Part shown: piece by piece, positions 55,226-64,000 of the stretch
How the letters are laid out: the number at the start of each line of letters is the position of its first letter
How positions within the stretch are numbered: the stretch's first letter is position 1
IMG/VR virus record: IMGVR_UViG_3300031564_000194
Location: 3,114 to 67,113 of that record
Source: a virus
Taxonomy: Duplodnaviria > Caudoviricetes
Direction: 5' to 3' (one strand)
Length of the DNA: 64,000 nucleotides
Notes under the pieces: generated by a model
Seen by the model: only the letters and a program-made list of their open reading frames with translations
What the model was told of the DNA's origin: nothing
The model's database searches: none
Made by a program: the position numbers and the translations under genes

Positions 55226-56168
55226 AACCATGGCCTACGCAGGCGAGAAGCCCTGGCACAACCTCGGCAGCAACATCGACGCAGACAGTTCTATCGAACA
55301 GTGGCAAGTCGCAGCCGGTCTCGAATGGACTGTCAGCAAGCGCCCTGTACTGTTCCAGTCGAACAAGGCTGACTTCGCCCAGATGTCTTTCAAGGACAAG
55401 TTCGTCCTGGCACGAGACTCCGATGATCGGGCCTACTCCGTGGTCTCTGGTCGCTACAAGCCGGTGCAACCCAAGGAAGTCCTTGAGTTCTTCCGTGACC
55501 TGATCCAGATGCACGGCATGAAGATCGAGACAGCTGGCTCCCTGAAGGACGGACAACGCATCTGGGCCTTGGCTAAGACCGGCGATGTCCACAAGGTGTT
55601 GGGTGTCGATCAAGTGGACAGCTACCTGCTCCTTGGCACGTCCTACGATCTGACGTTCTCTACTCTGGCGCAATTCACCTCCGTCAGAGTGGTTTGCAAC
55701 AACACCCTGCAGCAGTCCCTCAAGAACTACAGCACCCGCGTCACCATCCCTCACTTCCGCGACTTCAACGCTGACGACATCAAGACTCAGCTTGGTATCG
55801 GCAAGGAAGCCTGGGCCGCGTACTCCGCTTCCCTGGACGTACTGGCGAAGATGAAGCTCGACACGGTGAAAGCGGAACACGTCATCGGGAAGATTTTCCA
55901 GATCGACCCCAAGGACGATCCTGCATCCAAGACCAACGCACCCAAGATCGTTCACTGCAACAACGTCTTCGACCTGTTCATGGGTAAGGCCATCGGCTCT
56001 GACATTGCCGGTCAAACCGGCTGGGGTCTGCTCAACGGTGTGACTGAGTACATCGACAAACACAAGCGTGCCCGGAACCAGGGCAACCGCCTGGACAGCG
56101 CATGGTTTGGCGACGGTGCCAACATCAAGCAGCGTGCCTATGACGAACTGATTCAGCTGGCCGCGTAA
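55209..56168 (+). CDS. DUF932-family phage/plasmid protein, 319 aa
   Basis: PWHNLG...GLEW.V...YKPVQP..F...ETAGSLKDG...VRVVCNNTL...AWFG. Confidence 0.85.
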   Translation: MAHLIETMAYAGEKPWHNLGSNIDADSSIEQWQVAAGLEWTVSKRPVLFQSNKADFAQMSFKDKFVLARDSDDRAYSVVSGRYKPVQPKEVLEFFRDLIQMHGMKIETAGSLKDGQRIWALAKTGDVHKVLGVDQVDSYLLLGTSYDLTFSTLAQFTSVRVVCNNTLQQSLKNYSTRVTIPHFRDFNADDIKTQLGIGKEAWAAYSASLDVLAKMKLDTVKAEHVIGKIFQIDPKDDPASKTNAPKIVHCNNVFDLFMGKAIGSDIAGQTGWGLLNGVTEYIDKHKRARNQGNRLDSAWFGDGANIKQRAYDELIQLAA

Positions 56169-56179
56169 GGAGAACTGAG

Positions 56180-56578
56180 ATGGGAACACGAAGCACTACG
56201 CACGTCGTTCAAGCAGGTAAGAAGCTGATGTGCATGTACCGGCACATGGACGGCTACCCGACTGGTCACGGCCAAGAGCTTGTTGATTTCTTCGATGGTC
56301 TGACGTTGGTCAACGGTCTTGGTATTGGTGACAACAGCAAGACTGCTAATGGAATGGGTTGTCTTGCAGCCCAACTGGTTGCGCACTTCAAAGAAGGCGC
56401 TGGTGGTATCTACATCGAACCGAGTAATCGCGCTGCCGATGAGGATTACCCCTACTTCATTGAAGGGGATACCTTCAACACCGACGTACCTCTGAAGTTC
56501 ACGGTTAAGAACTGGGGCAAAAAGGTATTCGAAGGTGATTTCGAGGCATTCAAACAGTTCTGTGCGAAGGAGAACTGA
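56180..56578 (+). CDS. hypothetical protein, 132 aa
   Basis: MGTRS...YRHMDGYP motif common in phage early genes. Confidence 0.65.
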   Translation: MGTRSTTHVVQAGKKLMCMYRHMDGYPTGHGQELVDFFDGLTLVNGLGIGDNSKTANGMGCLAAQLVAHFKEGAGGIYIEPSNRAADEDYPYFIEGDTFNTDVPLKFTVKNWGKKVFEGDFEAFKQFCAKEN

Positions 56579-56580
56579 TC

Positions 56581-56817
56581 ATGAGCTTCAAACCTCGTAT
56601 CAAGACCTTCGGTGACGACAAGTTCTACGAGAACAACCTCGCTTTCGCCACCAAGAACGAAGCCGAACTCAGCGCCAAGGACACCTACAGCAAGTGGCAA
56701 CTTGCCGAAGCCTGGGACGTGATTGAGTCCGATCAGCCGGTGAACTACGAGATCAAGGACGGCGTTATGCGTTCCGTGGTCAATGACAAAGCTGAGTTCG
56801 CGGAGCGCGTGGCATGA
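56581..56817 (+). CDS. hypothetical protein, 78 aa
   Basis: ORF track; SD AAGGAG. Confidence 0.6.
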   Translation: MSFKPRIKTFGDDKFYENNLAFATKNEAELSAKDTYSKWQLAEAWDVIESDQPVNYEIKDGVMRSVVNDKAEFAERVA

Positions 56818-57020
56818 CTGCCGACGACTTCACACTGGTTGTAGACGAAGACGGCTACAAAAAGTGGAAGAGCGACAAGTTCGTTATCGCCAAGTATCGC
56901 TATTGGTACAACACCGTTGAAGGTGAGTACTTCGTCGCCTACGACATCAACAGCAACCGCATCAACCACATACCCGTTGGGTCGTTTGATGAAGCGCTTG
57001 CTCTCTGCAAGGAGTACTGA
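56814..57020 (+). CDS. hypothetical protein, 68 aa
   Basis: ORF track. Confidence 0.55.
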   Translation: MTADDFTLVVDEDGYKKWKSDKFVIAKYRYWYNTVEGEYFVAYDINSNRINHIPVGSFDEALALCKEY

Positions 57021-57021
57021 A

Positions 57022-57546
57022 ATGGGATGGTTATTCTCTGAGTCCTGGCCGACTCGCAAAGACCTCATCCGTCATTTGACGGAGGGTAACGGCGTCAAGA
57101 CACTCAAGCACTGCACTGTGGGTAACAACCTCTGGTGCTTGCACGAGTATGAAAACTACCGCTACCCCGGCAACACCATCAAGTACGTTTGCTTGTACAA
57201 GATGGCGTACCACGGTAAAGACCTGAAGGGCTGGGGTTACAAGGGCATCGACGAAACCATGGGGCCGGTGGAACTCTCCTGCCCCGCTTCGTATCTCGAC
57301 ATGTGCACAGCACCCGAGGGGAACTACGCCTACGACTGGCGTCAACGGGTGTATGAACGTGATCGAAAGCTGAAGCAGATGAAGATCGGCACGAAGGTCA
57401 AGTATGGTGAGAACACCTACCAGATCGTCAAACGGCGCTCTCCTTCAAGCTGGTTGGTCAAGATGTTCTCCAACATCAGCGGTGAGTTCATCGAGACCTA
57501 TCGTGCAGGCGCACGTTGGCTACTGGCTTGTGAGGTGGTGGCATGA
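57022..57546 (+). CDS. hypothetical protein (DUF6927-like), 174 aa
   Basis: ATG 57022; WGYKGIDETMGP...CP..YL...WRQRV. Confidence 0.6.
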   Translation: MGWLFSESWPTRKDLIRHLTEGNGVKTLKHCTVGNNLWCLHEYENYRYPGNTIKYVCLYKMAYHGKDLKGWGYKGIDETMGPVELSCPASYLDMCTAPEGNYAYDWRQRVYERDRKLKQMKIGTKVKYGENTYQIVKRRSPSSWLVKMFSNISGEFIETYRAGARWLLACEVVA

Positions 57547-57923
57547 GTACATACGAAAAAACTACTGAGTCGGCGGCTGTGACAGCCATCAACATCTTCG
57601 ACGGTCTAGCTCTGAACAGGCGTAACGAACAATGGAACAACCTGCAACCGGCTTGGGAACATGCAGGTATGGGGTTTGTGGAGTTCTGCTCGTGGATCGC
57701 TCGCATCGGTGAAGCAAGCGAAGATAAGTTAGCCGCCCTCAACCCTCAAGATTTTCCGGGCGTGTATGACTACGAAGTCTCATACCCACTTGGTCAAGAC
57801 ATCGCCAAATACATGTTTGAACATGTTCGTCTTCCTAGTGATGAGGAAGTCGACAAGATGCTGGACACAGCTATCAATGAATTCTTCGCACAAGGAGTCT
57901 CCAATGATGCTCATCTCGATTGA
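57543..57923 (+). CDS. hypothetical protein, 126 aa
   Basis: ORF track. Confidence 0.6.
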   Translation: MSTYEKTTESAAVTAINIFDGLALNRRNEQWNNLQPAWEHAGMGFVEFCSWIARIGEASEDKLAALNPQDFPGVYDYEVSYPLGQDIAKYMFEHVRLPSDEEVDKMLDTAINEFFAQGVSNDAHLD

Positions 57924-58119
57924 TGGTGGTGTGACTTGGTTGCAAACAGATGAATGCCGTATTCACCCAGAGTTGTCTGACACAGACACATCGGAAACTA
58001 TCACTCTGACGGCTACCAAAGAAGGGTTGGTAACTGATGTGTGGGCTGGGCCTCCTCATGAAGAAAACATCGGTACATCATCAGAATTGTGGGACGACAT
58101 GATTGCGAGGCTGACATGA
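57904..58119 (+). CDS. acidic hypothetical protein, 71 aa
   Basis: ATG 57904, SD AAGGAG. Confidence 0.5.
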   Translation: MMLISIDGGVTWLQTDECRIHPELSDTDTSETITLTATKEGLVTDVWAGPPHEENIGTSSELWDDMIARLT

Positions 58120-58559
58120 ACATCGACAAAGCTCGTAAGTACCTGGAGATAGCCCGTGCTACATCAAAGCTCTCAAAAGACCAAAGCTCGAAGGTTGGTG
58201 CCCTCATCCTTGGTACGTCGCAAGAAGTACTTAGCCTCGGTTACAACGGCGCACCGCGAGGCTGTGCAGCAGACGAAGATGAGAGAGCTACAACACGCCC
58301 TGAAAAGTATTTCTGGTTCTCCCACGCTGAACTCAACGCAATCACAAATGCTGCAAGAGTTGGCACGGCGCTGGAAGGTGGTGTTCTTGTGGTCACCCAC
58401 CCACCGTGTATTGACTGTGCACGAGCAATTGTCCAGGCCGGAATCAGGGAGGTTTATACCCTTACCCCCGATGACGACTTCAGAAAGCGTTGGGCGGAAA
58501 GCATGGAACGCACTGATCGGCTTTTTCAGGAATGCGGAGTGACCTACGTATGGCTCTGA
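58116..58559 (+). CDS. dCMP deaminase, 147 aa
   Basis: VGA.I, GYNG, HAELNAI, PCIDC. Confidence 0.9.
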   Translation: MNIDKARKYLEIARATSKLSKDQSSKVGALILGTSQEVLSLGYNGAPRGCAADEDERATTRPEKYFWFSHAELNAITNAARVGTALEGGVLVVTHPPCIDCARAIVQAGIREVYTLTPDDDFRKRWAESMERTDRLFQECGVTYVWL

Positions 58560-58786
58560 ACATCCAAACCCACACCAACATCTCAGGAAGCTACATCGTT
58601 GTGCAGTTCCTTGATAACTGGGAGTGGTACTTGGACGCTCGGAAAGACTCCCGCTATCCGAACTACTCCTCCATCGAAGAGGTTCGTTGCGGAAAACTTG
58701 TCAAAGTTACACGCTTAATTCACAACGACGAAGCTCCTGAATTCATCATCAATCGCATGCGCCAAATAGCTGCAGGTCATCAATGA
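58550..58786 (+). CDS. hypothetical protein, 78 aa
   Basis: ATG 58550. Confidence 0.45.
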   Translation: MALNIQTHTNISGSYIVVQFLDNWEWYLDARKDSRYPNYSSIEEVRCGKLVKVTRLIHNDEAPEFIINRMRQIAAGHQ

Positions 58787-58977
58787 ACAAGATACGCATC
58801 ACGCTCACCGAAGAAGGTGACGACATCAAAGGGACGATCAACGTAGAGGCCACCACAGGTTTTACGTTGGACGCACTGGCAGCAACAGTCGAAGCACTGG
58901 CAGATCACTACAAGGTCTCCGTGGACGACGTGATGCAGGACATCTATGCAATAGCAAAACGGAGAATCAAGAAATGA
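58783..58977 (+). CDS. hypothetical protein, 64 aa
   Basis: ORF track. Confidence 0.5.
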   Translation: MNKIRITLTEEGDDIKGTINVEATTGFTLDALAATVEALADHYKVSVDDVMQDIYAIAKRRIKK

Positions 58978-59144
58978 AAGCCCTGAAGTACCTGAATGAC
59001 CGATACAACGACATGCTCCTCAAACTGGCTGGTCGCATTGCACGCAAGCACGGTTTGTTGATCGTGAAGATCGTCAACATTGCGAATACCAACTACATCC
59101 TCAACAACGACGGCAGCATGCAACGTATTGGCGGTAAGAAATGA
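58974..59144 (+). CDS. hypothetical protein, 56 aa
   Basis: Read by hand; ATGA overlaps on both sides. Confidence 0.5.
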   Translation: MKALKYLNDRYNDMLLKLAGRIARKHGLLIVKIVNIANTNYILNNDGSMQRIGGKK

Positions 59145-59329
59145 CCAGTACGACAGACTCTGCTTCTGTAAAGAAACAGACCGCAGCAGCGAACCGAGTA
59201 ACTGGGCGGAGGTTCTGCTCTGCAAACGGACATTACGTCGATGCGAACCAAGTTGGTTTGCAACGAGGTAATAAATGGTGCTGCGACTCGTGCGCAGCGA
59301 AGATCACCAAACCGAAGAGGGTGAAATGA
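59141..59329 (+). CDS. small Cys-rich (zinc-finger-like) protein, 62 aa
   Basis: C..H...CCDSC. Confidence 0.45.
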   Translation: MTSTTDSASVKKQTAAANRVTGRRFCSANGHYVDANQVGLQRGNKWCCDSCAAKITKPKRVK

Positions 59330-59523
59330 TCGAAGTCAAAGTCACGTATTACCCGAACGAGGACACAGGTGAAGAGCCTATCAGCTACAGCCAAACCATC
59401 CTCATTTCCAAACAGACTCATCCATGGAAAACGATGGGTTACGAGGTAATGCAACTGGCTCTTAAGTGTTACGACATCCTTGTAGCAAATTCCGAACAAC
59501 TGAGGAAAGAAGTCTCGCAATGA
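59326..59523 (+). CDS. hypothetical protein, 65 aa
   Basis: ATG 59326, coupled. Confidence 0.5.
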   Translation: MIEVKVTYYPNEDTGEEPISYSQTILISKQTHPWKTMGYEVMQLALKCYDILVANSEQLRKEVSQ

Positions 59524-60143
59524 AAATCATCAAAGCAAGTTACGAAATCTTGGCATCAACCCCTGACCTGGAAAAGGTCATCGAACTGGCAGGTCGCACC
59601 TGCTACAAGTCTGAAGACAAGATCACGGAGGATTCCGCAAGTGAGTTCGTCGCAAAAATCCGCAGCATCAATCACGAGAGCGTGCTGGAGCACGGTTCGA
59701 TCAGTGTTCGTTTCGTTGTTGATCGAGGTGTTTCCCATGAGCTTGTCCGCCATCGCGTGGCTTCGTTCTCGCAAGTAAGCACACGTTACTGCAACTACAG
59801 CAAAGACAAGTTCGGCAACGAAATCACAGTGATCGACTTGAAAGGTGGTTTCCCTGACATCACCGAAGTCTCTTACATGAGTTGGATGCGAGCTTGCCGT
59901 GAGGCTGAGCGGGAATACTTCTTAATGACTGAGGTTGGTGGTTCCAAGGCCCAAGAAGCTCGCTCCATCCTTCCCAACAGTCTCAAGACTGAAGTGGTGA
60001 TGACGGCCAATCCGCGTGAGTGGCGTCATGTGATCAAGCTGCGTGCGGCCACCGCTGCTCACCCCCAGATGCGGGAAGTTATGGTGCCACTCTCTAAGGA
60101 GTTCGCACAGAAGTGGCCCTCACTCTTCGGAGATTTGCAATGA
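59520..60143 (+). CDS. thyX: FAD-dependent thymidylate synthase ThyX, 207 aa
   Basis: HESVLEH, RGVSHELVRHRVASFSQVSTRY, ARSILP. Confidence 0.95.
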   Translation: MKIIKASYEILASTPDLEKVIELAGRTCYKSEDKITEDSASEFVAKIRSINHESVLEHGSISVRFVVDRGVSHELVRHRVASFSQVSTRYCNYSKDKFGNEITVIDLKGGFPDITEVSYMSWMRACREAEREYFLMTEVGGSKAQEARSILPNSLKTEVVMTANPREWRHVIKLRAATAAHPQMREVMVPLSKEFAQKWPSLFGDLQ

Positions 60144-60520
60144 GTATCACACTCAGTTTCGTAGCCACCTCGGCTGCTCATGCCAAGGAGATTGTGGATC
60201 GTGTACACGGTGAGGTTCACATCACTGACGACATGATCCGTGACTACCTCGTGCGTAAAGGTTGGTGGAAGCCCGGTGTTGAAAGCGGCCCGAGCAAGGG
60301 TACTGACACTAAGGAGGACGCACCGAAGCAGGATGTGGCTCGCAAGAACATCAACCCTGGTGATCCCAGCATCAGCAAGATCGGCTCTTCCACCAAAGAC
60401 GTAATCCTTGGTGACTTGGCAGCTGGTCGCCAACCCCCAACCCCTAAGTACGACGAACACATGAAGCTGCTGTGGAGTCGTGGTGAAGTGAAGTACGACG
60501 GTAAGGAGTACTACCTGTGA
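60140..60520 (+). CDS. hypothetical protein, 126 aa
   Basis: ATG 60140. Confidence 0.55.
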   Translation: MSITLSFVATSAAHAKEIVDRVHGEVHITDDMIRDYLVRKGWWKPGVESGPSKGTDTKEDAPKQDVARKNINPGDPSISKIGSSTKDVILGDLAAGRQPPTPKYDEHMKLLWSRGEVKYDGKEYYL

Positions 60521-60735
60521 AAAAGAACGGCTGGACACTGGTGGTTGAGGCCACCAAAGAACCCGTGACACTCCCCATGGTGTGTCGTGACTTCCGTGGT
60601 GAGGATCACACCGTTACGGACGGTGCTCCTCCTCACAAGCCTGGAAGCACTGGTCGCATCTACACATCAATCCAAGAGTCTTTCTTTCCCGGCGTTGTCG
60701 GCCTTTTGTGGGTGAAGGACTCTGACGCAATCTGA
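60517..60735 (+). CDS. hypothetical protein, 72 aa
   Basis: ORF track; SD AAGGAG. Confidence 0.55.
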   Translation: MKKNGWTLVVEATKEPVTLPMVCRDFRGEDHTVTDGAPPHKPGSTGRIYTSIQESFFPGVVGLLWVKDSDAI

Positions 60736-60744
60736 AAGAAAGCC

Positions 60745-61428
60745 ATGAACTACCGAGTCGCATTCACCCCGATCAGCGGTAACACAAAGACAGGCCCTAT
60801 CCCTGTCACCACCACCGAAGCAAAGACGTGTCCACCCACATGCGCTCAGTTCGACACCTGCTACGGCAAGTTCGGACACATCATGATTCACTGGAAAAAA
60901 CTCAACAACGGAGAACGTGGTTATGAGTGGGAAGAATTTTGCGACAAAGTACGACGGCTCCCTCGGAATCAGCTTTGGCGACATAATCAAGCGGGAGACC
61001 TACCGGGAGATGGAACGCGAATTGACCGCGAAGCTCTCAATCAGCTCGTCGAAAGTAATCGTGGCAAGCGGGGTTTCACATACACCCACTATCCACTTCA
61101 AGGAACTCACAATCTTGAATGCGTTGAGGATGCCACTCGTCGAGGATTCACCGTCAACATTTCGTGCGACTCTCTTACGCAGTCTGACAGAGTTGCGGAC
61201 ATCACCGACCTCCCGCAAGTGGTCGTACTCCCCTCAAACACATCGGTTCATGTTCTTCATACACCCCGAGGACGAAAGGTGGTTGTTTGCCCAGCCACGT
61301 ACCGGGATGACATCAACTGCATGCGCTGCGGAATTTGCCAAGTCGCTAGTCCGAACCGCGCTGTGATCGGCTTTCCCGCCCACGGCGTCAAGAAGCGTGT
61401 GATCGACATCAAGCTAATGAAGGAGTGA
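60745..61428 (+). CDS. Cys-rich GP88-like / radical-SAM-like protein, 227 aa
   Basis: NTKTG..TCPPTC....CY, RHNQAGD, FTYTH, VNISC, CPA...C..C.IC, GFPAHG. Confidence 0.6.
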   Translation: MNYRVAFTPISGNTKTGPIPVTTTEAKTCPPTCAQFDTCYGKFGHIMIHWKKLNNGERGYEWEEFCDKVRRLPRNQLWRHNQAGDLPGDGTRIDREALNQLVESNRGKRGFTYTHYPLQGTHNLECVEDATRRGFTVNISCDSLTQSDRVADITDLPQVVVLPSNTSVHVLHTPRGRKVVVCPATYRDDINCMRCGICQVASPNRAVIGFPAHGVKKRVIDIKLMKE

Positions 61429-61431
61429 GTC

Positions 61432-61578
61432 ATGAGTACAGAAGGCGTCATTTCGTATCTGGACACCCTACCCCTGGCTAAAGCTCTGTGGTGGTTCATC
61501 GAGAACGTTGGTCAGGATGATCGCAAATACACGGAGTTGTTCTTTTACTTCCGTGAACGTGTGAGGGCTGAGTCATGA
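61432..61578 (+). CDS. hypothetical protein, 48 aa
   Basis: Read by hand; SD AAGGAG. Confidence 0.45.
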   Translation: MSTEGVISYLDTLPLAKALWWFIENVGQDDRKYTELFFYFRERVRAES

Positions 61579-61799
61579 CCATCGTCCAAGTCTGCGGCTG
61601 CATCGTCGAAGACGACCAAGTGACGCCCAATGTCCCTGACTCAATGGCTCATTTGCACAGCGCCTACCTGGGCGAACCCGGTGCTATGGAGTGGCTTGCC
61701 GACTTCAAGGAGAAAGCACACGCCTTGAAGTTCGGTAAGCAGCTGGCAAAGGAGCTAGGTGCTGTGTTCGAAGACAAGACCTACCCGGAGGCCCACTGA
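61575..61799 (+). CDS. hypothetical protein, 74 aa
   Basis: ORF track. Confidence 0.5.
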   Translation: MTIVQVCGCIVEDDQVTPNVPDSMAHLHSAYLGEPGAMEWLADFKEKAHALKFGKQLAKELGAVFEDKTYPEAH

Positions 61800-61800
61800 G

Positions 61801-61983
61801 ATGGAACTCGTCATCGTCCAATTTCCTGGCACCAACGCCGAAGAGGTGATCGCTGAAGGATTGAATTCCATCGGCCAAGCGGTTCGTTGGATCAAACGCA
61901 ACACCACTTTTGAAGAAGAACGTGATGGTCTGGTTGACATCATGCAACGCCTGCCTGACGGCACATTAACCACGGAGTACTAA
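61801..61983 (+). CDS. hypothetical protein, 60 aa
   Basis: ATG 61801. Confidence 0.5.
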   Translation: MELVIVQFPGTNAEEVIAEGLNSIGQAVRWIKRNTTFEEERDGLVDIMQRLPDGTLTTEY

Positions 61984-61985
61984 GT

Positions 61986-62291
61986 ATGACATCTCGTTTT
62001 GAAGACATTCGTAACTGGGCCAATGATCGCAACATCATCGAAGGTGCCACCACTCACGCTCAGTTTGTGAAGCTCATGGAAGAAGCCGGTGAACTCGCCA
62101 GCGGTATCGCCAAGAGCAAGATCGAAATGGTGAAGGATGGTATCGGTGACACCATTGTTGTCTTGACCATCCTTGCTGCTCAACACGGTCTGAGTGTTGA
62201 AGAGTGCGTCGAACAAGCCTGGAACGAAATCAAGGATCGTAAGGGTCGCATGATCAACGGTGTGTTCGTCAAGGAGGCTGACCTGACATGA
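61986..62291 (+). CDS. MazG-like nucleotide pyrophosphohydrolase, 101 aa
   Basis: KLMEEAGEL...DGIGD..VVL...AWNEIKDRKG. Confidence 0.9.
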   Translation: MTSRFEDIRNWANDRNIIEGATTHAQFVKLMEEAGELASGIAKSKIEMVKDGIGDTIVVLTILAAQHGLSVEECVEQAWNEIKDRKGRMINGVFVKEADLT

Positions 62292-62518
62292 GCTTCCCTC
62301 CTTTTGACCGTGAGCGTGACTGCGCTCAAGACGATGTGGTTCAGGACATCAAGGTTCAGCGTCACGAACACTGCATCTCGATCTGGCAGCACGACGGGAC
62401 AGGTGACGAAGACGGCCACGTCATCGTCGTTCCCAACCACGCCATCGCTGCCTTCCGCAACGCCGTGTTTGGTCTGAAAGCCGAACAGGAACAAGTCATC
62501 AGTGGGGTGGAGAAATGA
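62288..62518 (+). CDS. hypothetical protein, 76 aa
   Basis: ORF track. Confidence 0.5.
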   Translation: MSFPPFDRERDCAQDDVVQDIKVQRHEHCISIWQHDGTGDEDGHVIVVPNHAIAAFRNAVFGLKAEQEQVISGVEK

Positions 62519-63393
62519 GCATCTTCAAACCTATGCTGGCGACAGACGCAGACCTGGGGAAGTTGCGCTTCCCCCTGCTCGCCAGCCCCAAGCTCGATGG
62601 TATTCGCGCAATCGTCCGTGATGGTGTGGTCTACAGCCGTAGCAACAAGCCGATCCCGAACAAGTTCGTGCAGGAGAAGTTCAAGCACCTCAACACACTC
62701 GACGGTGAACTGATCGTCGGCCATCCGAACAGCCACGATGTTTACCGGCAAACCACGAGCCACGTCATGTCTCATGACAAGACAGACTTCCCCGTCACCT
62801 TCTACGTCTTCGACTGCATTCGTGACCTGGGTGCCAACTACGGAGTGCGTTATCGCTGGTTGGAAGAAGCTAGTCTTAACACCTACGCACATGTGAACCT
62901 GCATGAGCAGGTGTTGGTACAGACCATCGACCAGTTGATCGACTACGAAAACCAATGCCTGGACGACGGCTACGAAGGTCTGATCCTGCGTGATCCGAAC
63001 GCGCCCTACAAGATGGGCCGCAGCACCGTCAAGGAAGGCTATCTGCTGAAGATGAAGCGCTTTGTGGATGCTGAATTTGAAATCGTAGGTTTTGAGGAGC
63101 GTATGCACAATGGTAACGAAGCCACGACGAGTGAACTTGGGCGAACTAAACGAAGCTCTCACAAAGCTGGCAAGAGTGGTCGGGGAGACCTCGGAGCCAT
63201 TGTCCTGCGTCATAAGGACGGATTCAATTTCAATTGCGGTACAGGGTTCACTGACGAAGAGCGGGATCACATTTGGCGTAACCAAAGTGCGTATCTCGGA
63301 GCGCTCGCCAAAATTAAGTACTTCGCAGTAGGGATGAAGGACGCACCTCGACACCCTGTGTGGCTCGGCCTCCGTGACCGGAGGGACACATGA
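62515..63393 (+). CDS. ATP-dependent DNA ligase, 292 aa
   Basis: SPKLDGIR (KxDG), LDGEL, YVFD, EGLILR, LKMK. Confidence 0.93.
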   Translation: MSIFKPMLATDADLGKLRFPLLASPKLDGIRAIVRDGVVYSRSNKPIPNKFVQEKFKHLNTLDGELIVGHPNSHDVYRQTTSHVMSHDKTDFPVTFYVFDCIRDLGANYGVRYRWLEEASLNTYAHVNLHEQVLVQTIDQLIDYENQCLDDGYEGLILRDPNAPYKMGRSTVKEGYLLKMKRFVDAEFEIVGFEERMHNGNEATTSELGRTKRSSHKAGKSGRGDLGAIVLRHKDGFNFNCGTGFTDEERDHIWRNQSAYLGALAKIKYFAVGMKDAPRHPVWLGLRDRRDT

Positions 63394-63659
63394 TTTTCCA
63401 CATCACCCATCGGTACGAAGACGATCAGTACCGAGACATTCAACTCGAATGCGCCGTCACTGACTACTCAGGGCCGACGTACCAAGTCATCTGCGTCTAC
63501 GACAAGGCTGACAGCAGTGTCGCTTGGACTGATTGGCTCCTCACACAGAGCAACACCACCGATCAAGTCGAAGTTGATGACGACGATGTGCCGCTGTGGG
63601 CAAAGTGCCTGAAGGAAACTCTTCGGGCGAAGATCGAAGCACAAGCAAGAGGAGGTTGA
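63390..63659 (+). CDS. hypothetical protein, 89 aa
   Basis: ORF track. Confidence 0.5.
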   Translation: MIFHITHRYEDDQYRDIQLECAVTDYSGPTYQVICVYDKADSSVAWTDWLLTQSNTTDQVEVDDDDVPLWAKCLKETLRAKIEAQARGG

Positions 63660-63794
63660 ATGTTCTGGAAAATACTGAGTACAGCTGCACGCGCAGCAAT
63701 CACCATCAACCGCACCGTGACTGCACTGGGTGCAGCGACAGTCATCGGTGTCGGTGTTTACGACTTCATCCGTAGTCGGAGGAAAAAACAATGA
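63660..63794 (+). CDS. small membrane-associated protein, 44 aa
   Basis: Read by hand; SD GGAGG. Confidence 0.45.
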   Translation: MFWKILSTAARAAITINRTVTALGAATVIGVGVYDFIRSRRKKQ

Positions 63795-64000
63795 GTCCTT
63801 TGAAAGCCCTTCTTGTGGATGCCGTTTGCGGCAACCCAGTTCCTCGCAGCTTGATCATTGCTATGAATGGTGAAGACTGTGAGCTATTCAAAAGCACTGG
63901 CAACCAGTGGAACGAAAGCTATGCCTGGAAACGTGAGTCCCTGGAAAAGATGACTCTGGATCAACTCGATGAGTTGTACGCTGGGATAAAGTTCGCGTAA
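63791..64000 (+). CDS. hypothetical protein, 69 aa
   Basis: ORF track. Confidence 0.5.
   Translation: MSPLKALLVDAVCGNPVPRSLIIAMNGEDCELFKSTGNQWNESYAWKRESLEKMTLDQLDELYAGIKFA

Overview
The window is part of a tailed dsDNA phage genome, probably a podovirus. It has a P22-like portal, an N4-gp56/DUF4043-type major capsid and very long ejection-type proteins, with no tape measure, sheath or tail tube seen. The host is probably a betaproteobacterium (inferred). Bases 1-33974 are a minus-strand late arm: terS, terL, portal, scaffold, capsid, lysis genes, many fibre/decoration proteins and internal virion proteins, the last of which runs off the left edge. Bases 34270-64000 are a plus-strand early/replication arm: iteron origin, primase-helicase, SNF2 helicase, family-B DNA polymerase, ligase, ThyX, dCMP deaminase, MazG-like enzymes, and a tyrosine integrase with a DUF4224 partner. 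The standout feature is a non-coding RNA island at about 42040-43700, directly upstream of a Ro60/TROVE (rsr) gene. It holds six tandem Y-RNA (YrlA)-like repeats with covarying terminal stems, and four of them carry circularly permuted tRNA modules. Two of these keep intact Glu(UUC) and Lys(UUU) anticodon hairpins, and one is permuted at a different point (the D-loop). Interleaved with the repeats are a circularly permuted two-piece tmRNA (tag ANDDVFAVRAAA), an unidentified pseudoknotted RNA, a basic 49-aa peptide and an XRE-type HTH gene. This may be an RNA-based translation-rescue or anti-tRNase counter-defence module (inference). Several other structured intergenic RNAs and a recurring 17-bp operator-like element are also visible. 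All protein family calls come from motif recognition by eye; no database searches were run.
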